Source: Amoebidium appalachense
Lineage: Eukaryota > Protista > Ichthyosporea
NCBI GenBank assembly: GCA_963693365.1
Contig: CAVNZM010000002.1
Coordinates: forward strand, 3,364,259 to 3,428,258
Direction: 5' to 3'
Length of the DNA: 64,000 nucleotides
Within the stretch, counting starts at the first letter, position 1. Every line of letters begins with the position of its first letter. Below are positions 39,720 through 64,000 of the stretch, one piece after another. The translations under genes were made by a program, and so were the position numbers. A model generated the notes under the pieces. The model was not told where the DNA came from, made no database searches, and saw only the letters and a program-made list of their open reading frames with translations.

Positions 39720-40308
39720 TCTCCCTCCCCTCCCCCCCCCCCCCCCCACACACACACACGCACACACACACACACACAGGCAAGTCCTCCATCGTTGCAG
39801 CACTAGCCGGGCAGCTAGGACTCAACGTGTACGTGCTCAACCTGTCAGCACCAATCACAGACGACGTACTCACGGGACTAATGAACTCGGCTGCTCCAAA
39901 GTACTACACCCATACCTTTTTGTGCTGTTGTGTGTGCGTGTGTTCCTTTCTTTTGCATATACACATAACGTTTGCCTCGGTGATTATGGCTTCGTAATAT
40001 ATACCACACCCCTCCCTCCCCCCCCCGCCCCCCCTCCCCCCCCCCCCCCCCTCCCTCCCCCTTTTCCCCTCACCCCGCCCCTTAGTCTTATAGCATAGTG
40101 CATGTGTCCCAACTTTGCATATCTGCATGCATTGTTCATTGTGAATTTTTCTGCGTACTCTGTATCACAGGCTGCTAACACCCCCCCACCCCCCCCTCCT
40201 CCCCCCCCCAAAAAAAAAATAATAAATAAAAAATAAAAATAAAAATAATGAGACTAGTCAAGCATGATGTTCCGTAAGGCTTGGTTTGGTGGTGGTGCTT
40301 GGTTGGCT

Positions 40309-40339
<31 letters not shown>

Positions 40340-40804
40340 GGGGGGGGGGGGAGGATCCTGCCCATAATGTGTGTGAGGGATGTTGCGTGGATAAGTAGAA
40401 ATGCAAAGGTATGCATGTGAATCGACCTTAAAAGAACCGGTAAAAAGGATGAAATGAAAATCAGATAGAAAGCTGGGTAATTGGGGGGGGGGGGGGGGGG
40501 GTTGTAAGTTTGTCCGCTGACATTTCTAACCCTGCAGGTGTGTGATTCTGATCGAGGATGTTGACTCGGCAATGTCTGAGGCAGGCGCAGCAAACACCCT
40601 CTCGTTTTCAGGTATGAACGACAGGAACGAGGGTAGATAGATTCGGGGGAGGATTGGAGGGTCGTGTGTTTGCATCCCTCTCGTTGTCGGGTAGGAACGA
40701 TAAGAACGAGGGTGGATAGCTTGGAGGAACCACGGGTCGTGTGTGTGTGTGTGTGTGTTTTTTTTGTTTTTTTGTTTTTGTTTTTGTTTTTTTTTGTTTT
40801 TTTT

Positions 40805-40835
<31 letters not shown>

Positions 40836-41463
40836 GTCTTATTTTTATTTATTTGCCCGGGAGGGGGGGGGGGGGGTAGGCGGGAGGAGAAGGGGGGAGG
40901 GGGGAGGGGTTGTGTGCGCATGTGCATCCGTATTCGTGGGTGTACGGGATATGTTTTTCTTCTGCGAGTGTTGTATCATCCCGTAGGGAAGAGTAAGATT
41001 GAGTGTAGTCGAGTGAGGTTGAGGGAAACGAAATCCCCCCCCCTTCCCCCCCTTCCCCTCCAAAGAAAAAAACAGAGAGAGAGAGATCAAGGAGGTAAAA
41101 AAGTAAAAAAGGGACAAATTGTAACCGGGACAAATTGTAACCGGGACCCTCCCAGGTGCGCTTTCTCACACACTGTTTTTTTCCGGCAGGCCTTCTTAAT
41201 GCACTAGACGGTCTACAGAGCCAGGAAGGGCGGCTTCTATTTATGGTAAGTGTGTGGTCGATTTTTTCTTATTCTGGAAATTTGGAGTTTGATGTTTCAC
41301 CAATCACCTAACCGCCTGTGTTGTGGTATGTTGTAGGGTTTCTCTGGTTTCCCGTTTCCTCTGTTTGTGTCTGTTCGTGCTTGGTTGCTTGTTGAACCTC
41401 TATGTGGTTAAAGGAGTAGCTGTTTTCAGAAGCAGCCCATTCTGCCCACCTTCACTTTCACTT

Positions 41464-41500
<37 letters not shown>

Positions 41501-41851
41501 GTAATCCAAGCTTTGACCGAAAAGTGATGGATAGTTGCGAGGAAGATGGGGGTGGGGGAAGCGAGGCAATGGGGGGACGGAAGATGAGCAGTGTGTATAG
41601 GCTAATGGGGGGAAGGAGGGGGGGGGGGGGGGGGGGGTTGAACTATAAAGCCGTATAGAAAAGAACGAAAACGTCCATTATGGTGTTATGGTTGTACGCA
41701 GTATCTCACCATACACGTGCACATGCAGACCACCAACCACAGGCAGCGTATAGACAAGGCCCTTATCCGGCCTGGCCGCATCGACATGCAGTTGGAGATC
41801 GGTCTAGCAACATCGCACCAGGTACCCTTTTAGCCCCTTTCCCCCTCCCCC

Positions 41852-41883
<32 letters not shown>

Positions 41884-43109
41884 AAAAAAAAAAAAACGGG
41901 GGGGGGGGGATGTACATCACCCGCTCCTACTACTTCCTGCTCAACAAACCCCATCTTGAACGGCCCTCCTATCTTCGGCATACAGATACACGCGGGCACC
42001 CCACGCATGCACGACAATTCGCACACACTTGCATGCGCACGCACGCGCACACACACACACACATACTAACACACAGGGCACGCAGAGGGAGAGAGAGGAG
42101 AGAGAGAGAGAGGGAGGGAGGGAGAGGGAAAGGGAGGGAGAGTGAGAGGGAGAGAGAGGTGCATATATACACAGACAGGCACACACAGGCTAAGAAGCTC
42201 ACAACTACGACATCATTTTCTTTATTTCAGAAAACCTCCGTGCACTTACTGACTAAGTATAATTGCACCCCAGATATCCGAGTATATCCACAGATTTTAC
42301 GAATTTCCGGAGGATGAAGCAAGCAAGGAGTCAATCAGGAGACTTGTGGCGGCGGTGCCCTCAAAAACAGCAAGCATAGCACAGGTGTGTGTGCATGCGT
42401 ACGTACGTGTGTGTGCATGCGTCCGCATGTGCCTGTGCCTGTGTGTGTGTGCGTGTGCGTGTGCGTGTGTGACTGTGCTTAACTCCCCTCGCCTCGTTTG
42501 GTCTTCTCAGATCTCACTTCTTGGGGTTCCCCTCCAAACCTGTTGTGCACAAGAGGCACCTGCACTATTTTAATGTACAGAGTTATTCATCCTCTTTAAC
42601 ATTCACACGTGGTAACGTTGAATTGAAATCTTTAAAAGGGGGTTTCTTTTAGGCCGATTAATTGCACCCATTCCAGCACATCCGGGTCAAGCCATTTATT
42701 CAGTATATAAATCATGATATGAACTGCAGTCTTATTACAAACGCTTTATTATTATTATTTCATTCTTAATTTTTTTCTCTCTCTTTTCTTCTTCTTTTTT
42801 CTTGTATTATGGCGCATCTGTACTTGCTTCCGGCCAAACGATGGTGCGCAAGTGATGCGCAGCACACCAATCATATAGCTAGAATCGCCTCTGACCCGAC
42901 CCGGCTCGAAAAGCTAAAAGAAACCCCCTTTAATCTTCAAACGCTAACACTAGTTTATAAAATCACAGATCCAGGCGCACCTGCTGCGCTACAAGAAGGA
43001 TGTGCACGGGGCAGCCAATCACGTCGACGATCTCCTTCAGGTTGTGTCTGCGGGCCGGGCCGGGCCTACCCATGCCCACGGGTTGCCCAGACATAAATCC
43101 GACCGATAG
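33485..43109 (+). CDS. BCS1: Mitochondrial BCS1-family AAA+ ATPase (~15 exons)
   Basis: R/S-rich presequence-like N-terminus; TM FTSGGLTIMAAGVGV; BCS1_N [39 protein letters not shown]|GKSS; Walker B VILIEDVD; GLLNALDG; TTNHRQRIDKALIRPGRID; last exon 42969-43109. Confidence 0.9.
38165..38325. repeat. ~33-bp degenerate minisatellite (about 5 units) just before a BCS1 acceptor
   Basis: Units of gacca(c/t)atatggctaa...tgacc; the last unit ends ggCTAACtgtgCAG. Confidence 0.75.
42637..42929. mobile_element. MITE copy 1 (~293 bp), TIR AGGGGGTTTCTTTTAG, TTAA flanks (Kolobok-like termini)
   Basis: ttaa-a-agggggtttcttttag ... ctaaaagaaaccccct-ttaa; no coding capacity; a second inverted copy lies ~250 bp downstream. 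Confidence 0.8.
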
Positions 43110-43178
43110 CGTGTTTTTTTTGTTAAAAAGGGGGTTGTTTCCAACTACTCCGGGGTTTTGTTTTTTTTTCTATTTTAA

Positions 43179-43472
43179 GGGGGTTTCTTTTAGCTTTTCG
43201 GGCCGGGTCTGGTCAGAGGCGATTCTAGCTATATGATTGGTGTGCTGCGCATCACTTGCGCACCATCGTTTGGCCGGAAGCAAGGTACAGATGCGCCATA
43301 ATACAAGAAAAAAGAAAAAGAAAAGAGAGAAAAAACAAATTAAGAATGAAATAATAATAATAAAGCGTTTGTAATAAGACTGCAGTTCATATCATGATTT
43401 ATATGCTGAATAAATGGCTTGACCCGGATGTGCTGGAATGGGTGCAATTAATCGGCCTAAAAGAAACCCCCT
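43179..43472. mobile_element. MITE copy 2, inverted relative to copy 1
   Basis: ttaa-gggggtttcttttag ... ctaaaagaaaccccct-ttaa; near-identical reverse complement of 42637-42929. Confidence 0.8.
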
Positions 43473-44131
43473 TTAAATAGTATCAGTTTACCCAGATGTG
43501 TGGTCGTTTTGCACTGGTTGATTGAGCTGAGGACATATGCCTTGCCAGCGACCTGTGTACATATGTAGGAACGTATGGAGACAGAAATAAATAGAGATGC
43601 ACAATAAATGCAATTGATAGGACGCACGATCTCAGTGTATTTTAGGTCATTTCGTGTCTGTTTGTCAGTACCTGATTTTTCCAATGTTGGATGGTTGGGC
43701 TCCGGGCGTATATAGGCATCTTCTGTGCAGGTGCGTGTGCACATGGAAAGGCATGTACATGTATGCATGCACAGAATCACCAGTGTGAACACATGTCGTG
43801 GCAGTCTGTGTTTGTTGTATTCAAGAACGAAATACGTTTCTGAGAACGACAAGTGTTGGTTGTGTTGTTTCTTGCGAGACACTGTGTCGGGTTTTGGCTT
43901 CAAACCCATCCGTTTCGCTCTAGTCACACTGCTGCTGCTGCCGCTTTTTGCCATAATTGGCGAGAACCAAGGCCTCCTAGATTAAAACTCAAGAACACAA
44001 CCAAATGTCGATATAATAAAATAGACAAATATTTTTTCAGCTTTACATTTTGGATAAACACCCCGTCCCGTTGCAATTCCAACGCCAATAGCTGTCTGTT
44101 CTCTTGCCCCCTTTGCCCCCCCCCCCCACCC

Positions 44132-44166
<35 letters not shown>

Positions 44167-45574
44167 CGACCCTACCTCCCCCCGCGCGGTTACACACACA
44201 CAAAAAAACACTTACGTGTGTGTGCATGTGCACACACACACACGGTGTTGATTTGCTGGTTTGCTGTACTTCTGAATCCGATAACGTTCTCCATTTCGAA
44301 AAATTTACCCTCCATTTGCTCCAATTCAACAACCCCTCCCCCCCCCTCCTGCCCCCCTCCCGCCCCTCGGGGCCACAAGCAGCAAAGCAGCGAAATGCTA
44401 CACGTTTTACCAACGGAGAAGGAGTGGAAGGGAGGGAGAGGCCCGCCCCCGGGGGGGGGGGAGGGGGGGAGGGCAGGGCCGAGGGGGGGGGGGGGGAGGG
44501 GGGAGGGGGGGGGGGGGAAGGGGCAGGGGCGGGGGGGGGGGGGGGGGGGGGGGGGGAGGGGGGGGGGACGGGTCAATGCACATAACATGACTCGACATGG
44601 ATTGGTCGCAACTTGTTGGCTGTGCTGAAGAAGTACCCGTCGTTGTCTTTATTGCCACACTGACATATAAACAGAGAAAACCAGAAGATCCGAAGTTGCG
44701 TGTACCGCCTCAACACTATTAGAAAGGAGCTGCATAGGCAGGGTATTTAAGTGGGAAATGCCTATGCCAATGCAGAGGTATGGGAAATGGCGTCTGCAGC
44801 TCGGATAAATTCGAAATACATGTGTGCGTACGCGTGTGTACACATATATACGTATGTATGCCTTAAATGTATGACTCGGGGGGGGGGGGGGGGGGGGGGG
44901 GAGGGAGGGGGGGGGGGGGGGGGGGGCAAGTGAGGATGATTTGTAGGGGGTGTGGGTGAAGGGAGGGAAGGAGGGTCGCGGTCCTATATGTTGGTCCCGG
45001 TGCAGGTGATTACCTGGGTAGGAGGGGACACAAAAAAGAGAACCAAGTCGAGGGCCTTGATGGGGTAGATACGATATCACGATGATCTGGAGTGTAGGCA
45101 CAGAAATCTGAGGGCAAGTTTGTAATTTCAGTCCACCACCAGGCTGCTGGCAATTGAAATCCCCCCCCCCCCCCCCCCCCCCCCCCCCTTCCTTTCCCCC
45201 ACCCCTTCCTCCCCTCTTTCGCCCCCTCCCCTCCCCCCTCCCCCCCCCCCCCCCCCCTCCCCCCCCCCCCCCCCCCCCCCCCCCCCTTTCCCATCCCACA
45301 CACACCCTCTGACTTCTAGGCCTGCAGTTGGCCAAAGTTTCGGGTTCAAGCCGCGGTTTGCAAAATGACAGAGTCCGTCCGCTCTGACTAATAACTACAA
45401 TTACATTCATGACCACATCAGGACTGCTAAATAGTACTACCGAGGGGTGGAGTGAGGTGGAAGCAGGGGGCTGGTGGTGGTACTGTAGTGGGGATTCAAA
45501 TTGAGAGCAGGATATTAATAGGGAAGTGGGTGGTGGTGGTGGTGGGGGGGGGGAGGGGAGGGCGGGGAGGGGGT

Positions 45575-45655
45575 GGTTAACAGAGTCAGAGTGGAGGGGT
45601 GCTAACAGAGTCAGAACTTTTTTTTTTTTTTTTTTTTTTTTTTTGGCCCCCCCCC

Positions 45656-45688
<33 letters not shown>

Positions 45689-45840
45689 TGCTAACAGAGT
45701 CAGAGTGGAGTTTTGCTAACTGAGTCAGAATTTTTTTTTTTCTTTTTTTTTTTTTGGGGGGGGGGGGGGGGGGGAAGGGGGTTGCTAACAGAGCCAGAAA
45801 GTTATTGGGGGAGGGGGGGGGAAGGTACTAACAGTCGGAA
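45575..45840. repeat. Dispersed short repeats of (gc)taacagagtcaga, 6-7 copies separated by G/T runs
   Basis: Motif seen directly near 45577, 45601, 45690, 45715, 45784 and 45827. Confidence 0.7.
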
Positions 45841-46517
45841 TCGAGGAGCTGGGGGAGGTGGGGACTGTTGATTCGGGGGGCCTTGTATAACACAGTGGGA
45901 TGTGTTTGTGTGTGTGTGTGTGGGAGTGTGCGGTTGTGCACAAGCGCGTTGGTACATGTGCACTGCCATGCAGGTGCATGTTCTTCTTTGGAGCGATCAT
46001 TTTGTTGAAAATTTACCAATATGCATATGTACAAGTAACATGCGTCTTGTACAGTAATCCTCTTGTTAGAGTTGGAGCGATTCTCATGGTGTATATTTTC
46101 GGTCTGAGGAACATAAATACAGGAAGACTTCCACTTGAATGCTGAGTCACACACTAGAGCTCATTTACTATGGTAGCTAGGCTAGCATACACAAACTTCT
46201 GCTCTCACCCCTCTCTCTTTAATAAACCTCGACCAAAGTGTCTAGATATGAGCCGGGACAACGGAATACGATTCTGAAAAGCTGGAAAATATCAGTTTTT
46301 TCGTAAGGGTCAACATTGTGTTTTAGGCGAAACCCAAATTTAATAAATACAAAAACTATATAATCCTGGGTAAGAAAGATACAATGAAATGACGGTATCC
46401 TCAAAGAGTGAACAAAAGGAACCACTCCACCCCAGAAACCCACGTCCAACACACGCCTCCAAAATGACTTGCATCACCCACGGCATGCCACCCCACCATT
46501 TATATGCCAACATCCAA

Positions 46518-46855
46518 TCATTCGACTTTGCTCACTTTCTTGGTATACCCCATCACCCAATCCAAATACGCGAAAAACTTCTGATAATACACCGTCCCAG
46601 TCCTATGATGTTCCGCATGCTGCAGACTTCCACTTATAAACCCCCCCGGAATAATATTTGAAATCATCCAAGGAAAATTATATCCGCCATGTAATTCTGT
46701 AAGTAGATAGCATATGTTTGCGTTGTAAAAAGCACGGCTGAGTGGGTGGGCACCAAAAGAGTTGACAGCAATAATGGAGCAGAAAACGTCCGTCCACATT
46801 TCGACAAGTCCGAGGCGGAACGTCTCGTATGCGTGCGTGTGCACGTGTCTGTTGT

Positions 46856-46893
<38 letters not shown>

Positions 46894-46908
46894 GTGTGTG
46901 TGTGTGTT

Positions 46909-46942
<34 letters not shown>

Positions 46943-46968
46943 GTGTGTGTGTGTGTGCTTGCTTGCTT

Positions 46969-47027
<59 letters not shown>

Positions 47028-47127
47028 TGCGTGTGTGAGTGAGTGAGTGAGTGAGTGTGTGTGTGTGAGTAAGTGAGTGAGTGAAGGAGTGTGTGTGTGT
47101 GCGTGTGTGTGTGTGTGTGTGTGCATG

Positions 47128-47205
<78 letters not shown>

Positions 47206-47377
47206 TGAGTGAGTAAGTGAGTATGTGTGCACGAACACGTGTGAGCACGTACGTTTGCGCTCATGATTTTGTGTGCATGCGCGCGTGTGTAGGTTTTTTG
47301 TTGTTTTTTTTCTTTTCCCGCGGGGAAGGGGGAGGGGGGAGGTGGGAAAAGAGAGAGAGAGAGAGGGGGGGGGGGGG

Positions 47378-47422
<45 letters not shown>

Positions 47423-47631
47423 TGTGGGGAACAGATCACCCAATAATTGGCTTGAATGGCTTGAAATACCCCCCCCCCCCCCCCCCCCCCTCCTTCACGT
47501 ACGTAAGCACTTATTAAATAATACATGTTTGCCCATAAGCAGCAACGAGCTTCGTTACTGTCGATTACTCAGGTGCAACTACTGTTATAAAAAACACGTG
47601 TGTGCAAGAAGCTTGTTCAAGAACTGTATTT

Positions 47632-47663
<32 letters not shown>

Positions 47664-48623
47664 TTCCCCACACAGTTATCTCTCTTTCTGTGTGTGTGCA
47701 CATAATGAGCTAACAGTTACTAATCAAGGAAGTTATAATTCTGAAGGAGGGGGAGGCAGGGGAGGGGGGAGGGGAGGGGGGCGGGGAGGGGGGAGGGGGG
47801 ATGGGCGCAAAAGGATAGTGGCATCTGGATGTGGACAGAACGGGGTCAGGGGAAGGGATGGGCAGGCAGTGTAGTCCAATGAAGAAGAAAAAAAGGATCA
47901 AACGGTTACACGGTTTCTTTGTCCCATATTGACGTTGTCAGGTAGGTGGGTGGATAGGTGCCAGCATGTGCGTGTATGTGCGAGCACGCGCATGTGTGTG
48001 TGAGCGTGCGGAAGCGTGCACGCAAGTGTGTGTCCGTATTTGTGCCACTTTCATGTGCACATGCACGTGAACATCCGTTTTTTTTTACTCCCCCCCCCCC
48101 CCCCCCCCCGATTTTTATATACTTTTTTTATATACCACAAATAAGTTCTTCTCATGCGGAATTGAAGGATGGAGAGAAAGAGGAGGGGGGGGGGGGGGGG
48201 AGGGGGGAGGGCGGGGGAGAAGAAAAGAACTCACTTGTGATGGTGTGCATGAAGCAACTTGAAGGCGCCTGGTACCTTGTGCATAGCCAAATGGGCAACA
48301 GTAAACAGCAAATCATACACAAACAGGATCCCAATAACCTCAGAAACAACAGTCAGAGCCCCCGGCGGGTCAATGGGCATACGGCGAAGCCGGCGGGGAA
48401 AAAAATAGTCGAGGGCGAGAATTGGCGCGTAGTACCAAAGGAATGTCGTCATGAAGAAGGTGCCACGGTTCTCGTACCAACCCTTCAAGTCGTGGTATGT
48501 TGTTCTGTATGGAAAGGGAATAGAAATTGAGAAGGTTTACATTTTGGGTTAGAAAACGGTGCGTTTGTAAGCTGAATAGGGACGATGGCAGAAAGAGGGA
48601 TGGGTACATCTGTCTGCCTCTGT

Positions 48624-48654
<31 letters not shown>

Positions 48655-49094
48655 TCTCTCTCCCCCTCTTTAGTTTGTCTTCGTGTATCTTTCCCAGCTT
48701 CTGGTGTGTGTGTCAGGAAGCATGGGTGAGTGTGTGTGCAAGACGTATTGAGGCACAGCCGGCCAAACGTGCACTACTTCGCATATATCTATCCCCCTCC
48801 CCCCCGCCCCTCCCTTCTAAAAAAAAAAAACTGAAAAGGGGACTCGGTCCCAGTCGACAGCCTCCTCCCCCTTTCGCCCCCTCCCCCTCCCTCCCCCCCT
48901 CCCCCCTTCCCCCCCCCCCCCCCCCCCCCTTCCCCCCCCCCTGCCTCCCTCTCTGCAAATTGTGATAGAAGACGATCACACCATACGAAAGCAAAGAAAG
49001 GGAGAGAGGAAAAGCGGCAAGGGCGCGAGCAAGAGAGAGACAGACAGAGAGAGAGAGCGAGAGCAAGAGAGGAGAGAGAGAGAGGGGGGGGGGG

Positions 49095-49145
<51 letters not shown>

Positions 49146-49680
49146 GGAGAGAGAGAGTAGTAGAGGGATGGCGACAACTAGGTAGAGAGAGGGAGGGAGA
49201 GAAGAGAGAGACCCCGAGGGACAGAGATAGAGGGAGCGAGGGAGGCGGGGAGGGTCAGAGAGAAAGACATAGATACCGAGAGAGAGAGAGAGGGAGGGAG
49301 GAAGGGGGAGAGAGAGAGGGGAGGGGGGGTGGGGGTGGGGAAGAGGGAGAGAGGAAGGCATTCACCCTGTAGGGAACCCACCTGTGAAGCTTGTACGGAG
49401 CCAGCGTATGAGGGTTCACAAAGCGGTCCAAAGTAAACCAAAAGGCAGCGCAGACCGTAAAAGAAAACATCACTACCAGAGGCTCAAAGCTATCGTGAAG
49501 AAAAACCGGGGATGTACGCGCATACTCCCAGAGAGTAGAAAGAAACGAGTCGAATCGGTGCAAGTGTTTAAGGAATAAGAGAAAACATATTGAACTAATA
49601 CCGCGTGCTGTGTATACCTGCATCTTCCAGCTGTGATTGTTTTGCCAAACGACTTTGGGTGCAGCTTGTGGAGTTAACAT
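46518..49680 (-). CDS. Fatty-acid hydroxylase/sterol desaturase family protein (cholesterol 25-hydroxylase-like); exons 49680-49382, 48504-48235, 46848-46518
   Basis: His boxes DLLFTVAHLAMH, LHAHHHK, TELHGGYNFPW and HAEHH...YYQKFFAYLDWVMG; exon phases compatible. Confidence 0.9.
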
Positions 49681-50609
49681 TTTTGTTGATTACTTGCACC
49701 TCTCTTTTGATTATTGGCCTGTAAGCGAGTCAACATGGAAATATAACTTTGTATGGGGTCTTCACATGGAGTGCCGGATTTCTGTCACTCACATCTATAT
49801 ATGGCCATGGCCACAATGCAAAGAAAATGTCACACAAGAAAAGCAGCACATATGCAGTCAAATGCCTGCGTCTTGTGACTCTTGCCTGGCAGCCAGCGTT
49901 CGAAATTCTGAACTGGGATGATATTGACTGTTCTAGGATATATACAGAAACGAGACATTCCCAACTAGCCCATGCCATAGCCAGGTAAAGTGGCCTAGAA
50001 AATACTCCTGGTATTTTGTGAATCTCCCCTCTTTTCTCATTTTATAATTGTCCTGCACAGAGATCTAAACCCTTCCGGCGAATGAACTCAACGCGTGCCA
50101 TAGGGAGAGCCCAAGCTTTGAACTTCGAAGTTCAAGCCCTGCGACTCCTGCACATTAGGTATTAGCCAAATAAAGTAATATGTATTTAGTAATCCAGGGG
50201 TTGTGGGGTTTTGACTGCGCTACCCGTTTTACCTTACACGTAATCGTACATTCAAAATTGTCAAATCGTATGGACGGGGTTCGTCTCATTTATGACTCGT
50301 ATAGACCCCCTATGTTATTAAATGTAGACCCATTTCAGTTGATTCTACACTCCCTTTGTGATTACACACCCTAAGAGACAACACAGGGCTTCATATTCCG
50401 CTCTAGAGTGCCAAAATAACGACCTGACCACTCTTTACCTGGGAAAACACCCATTTTTGTGTGAAAAACACCAAAATACACTATCGTGCCCTACTTCACT
50501 GCTACGAAAAACCAATACAGCACCTCACAGAGGTACTCGTTTTGACCCCCTCGGCTTAATCGTAAATACGACGATTTTGGGTCGTAATTCAAACCCTTCA
50601 CGCAATCCT

Positions 50610-50680
50610 TGATTTGATTGGTTGAACACTAGCTGCTGCATTCCATTGCCAAAGGGGAGATCTAAGACTGACGTCACAGA
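50610..50680. promoter_or_regulatory. Putative promoter motifs between the divergent hydroxylase and IP3R genes
   Basis: Inverted CCAAT (ATTGG, 50617) and TGACGTCA (50669): the same motif pair as at 33013/33040. Confidence 0.4.
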
Positions 50681-51461
50681 TTGCGACTTCTAGAAAAATA
50701 TTGCCGTTGCAGTCCGACATTCAAGAGAGTCTCACACCGATTTATTTTTCCCATCCTTTGCTAAATTATTCTATTGTAGGGCGTTCGTCATGAGGGCACT
50801 TGCGCAAAACAGGTACAGTGCTGAGAGTCGTGTTGTTTTGTGCATTGCAACATCTGCACTGACTCAGGCGTTCATTCTGCTTTTCCGTCCAGTTAGGGTC
50901 ATTCAGGGGGAGGGAGGGAGGGAGAGAGTGAGTGAGAGAGCGTGCAAGCAGCTCTATGCTTGTGCTTTCGTGCACCATAGTGCTTTTTGGCGTGTACTTG
51001 TGCGTAGCTGCCTGTGCTGATACGTGCACATGGGCGTCTGTGTGCGCGGTGTGTGTGTATATGTATTTTCATCATCTTGTTCGCAGTGTGTGTGTGTGTA
51101 TGTGTGTGTGTTTGTAGAATGGACAGAGAGTGTGTGCATGTGTGCAGGAATGTGGGCGTGTGAGAGTGCGCATATGTTCATGAGCAGTTCCTGTCATGTG
51201 TTTTTGTGTGGTTGCTCTCTTTCTCGCTCGCGGACTCTCTCTCTCTGTGTCAGTGCGTCTCTGTGTGTGCGTCTCTCTCTGTGTATGGGTTTGTGTGAAT
51301 GTGTGTAGAGAGAAAGAGAGAGAGAGAGAGCGTGTGCGTGCGTGCGTGCGTGCGTGCGCTTGTGGTATACTTGTGCGTGCGTGTGTGTGTATGCGTGTGT
51401 GTGTGTGTGTGTCTGTGTGCGTGTGTGTGCGTGTGTGTGTGTGCGTGTGTGTTTGTGTGCG

Positions 51462-51494
<33 letters not shown>

Positions 51495-51729
51495 TTGTAT
51501 GTGTGTGCGTGTGCATTTGGTGCATGTCTTTCCTTTTGGCTCCAAGCTCTTCATATTGTGTTTATTCGCTTCTCTGTCTTCTTTCCCTCCTTGCCTTACT
51601 TCCTCGCTCATCGTCGAACTTCAACACTGTCCTGCCACTTAGAGCTACAATCTTGGACGAATCGCCTTTAGAGGTTGGGTGCAACGACACTGATTTTCCA
51701 TACTGAAACATTTCATCTTGCAGGAGAAA

Positions 51730-63942
<12,213 letters not shown>

Positions 63943-64000
63943 TATGACTATTTTACCCCTCCTTACCCCCCCCCCCCCCCCCCCCCCCCCCTTCCCCTCT

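Noticed and set aside
50790-50812. Upstream ATG as the IP3R N-terminus
   Set aside because: Out of frame with the conserved MTVICWGD start after splicing, so treated as a uORF instead.

Overview
Eukaryotic, intron-rich genomic DNA. Introns are packed with poly-C/poly-G, (CA)n/(GT)n and (CT)n microsatellites, so most ORFs in the supplied track are repeat artefacts. The gene set suggests a unicellular opisthokont or holozoan-type organism (inference only). Genes reconstructed by manual splicing: the 3' part of a long coiled-coil protein (+), a Myc/Max-type bHLH-ZIP factor fused to a PAS-PAC sensor domain (-), an intronless secreted CxxxC protein (+), a 3-KH PCBP/hnRNP-K-like protein (-) with an intronic tRNA-Glu(CTC), a mitochondrial BCS1-type AAA ATPase (+) whose last exon is bracketed by two inverted TTAA-flanked MITEs, a sterol desaturase/CH25H-like hydroxylase (-), and the 5' part of an IP3 receptor (+). 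The main finding is a ~280-bp intronic repeat family, always sense to its host gene (4 near-complete copies plus several fragments). Its diverged copies show compensatory changes across several helices and carry the hammerhead ribozyme core (CUGANGA, GAAA, GUU site, stems I/II/III). The strands are in a permuted, pseudoknotted order that matches none of types I/II/III, and a hairpin with a palindromic loop could mediate dimerisation. Catalytic activity is untested.
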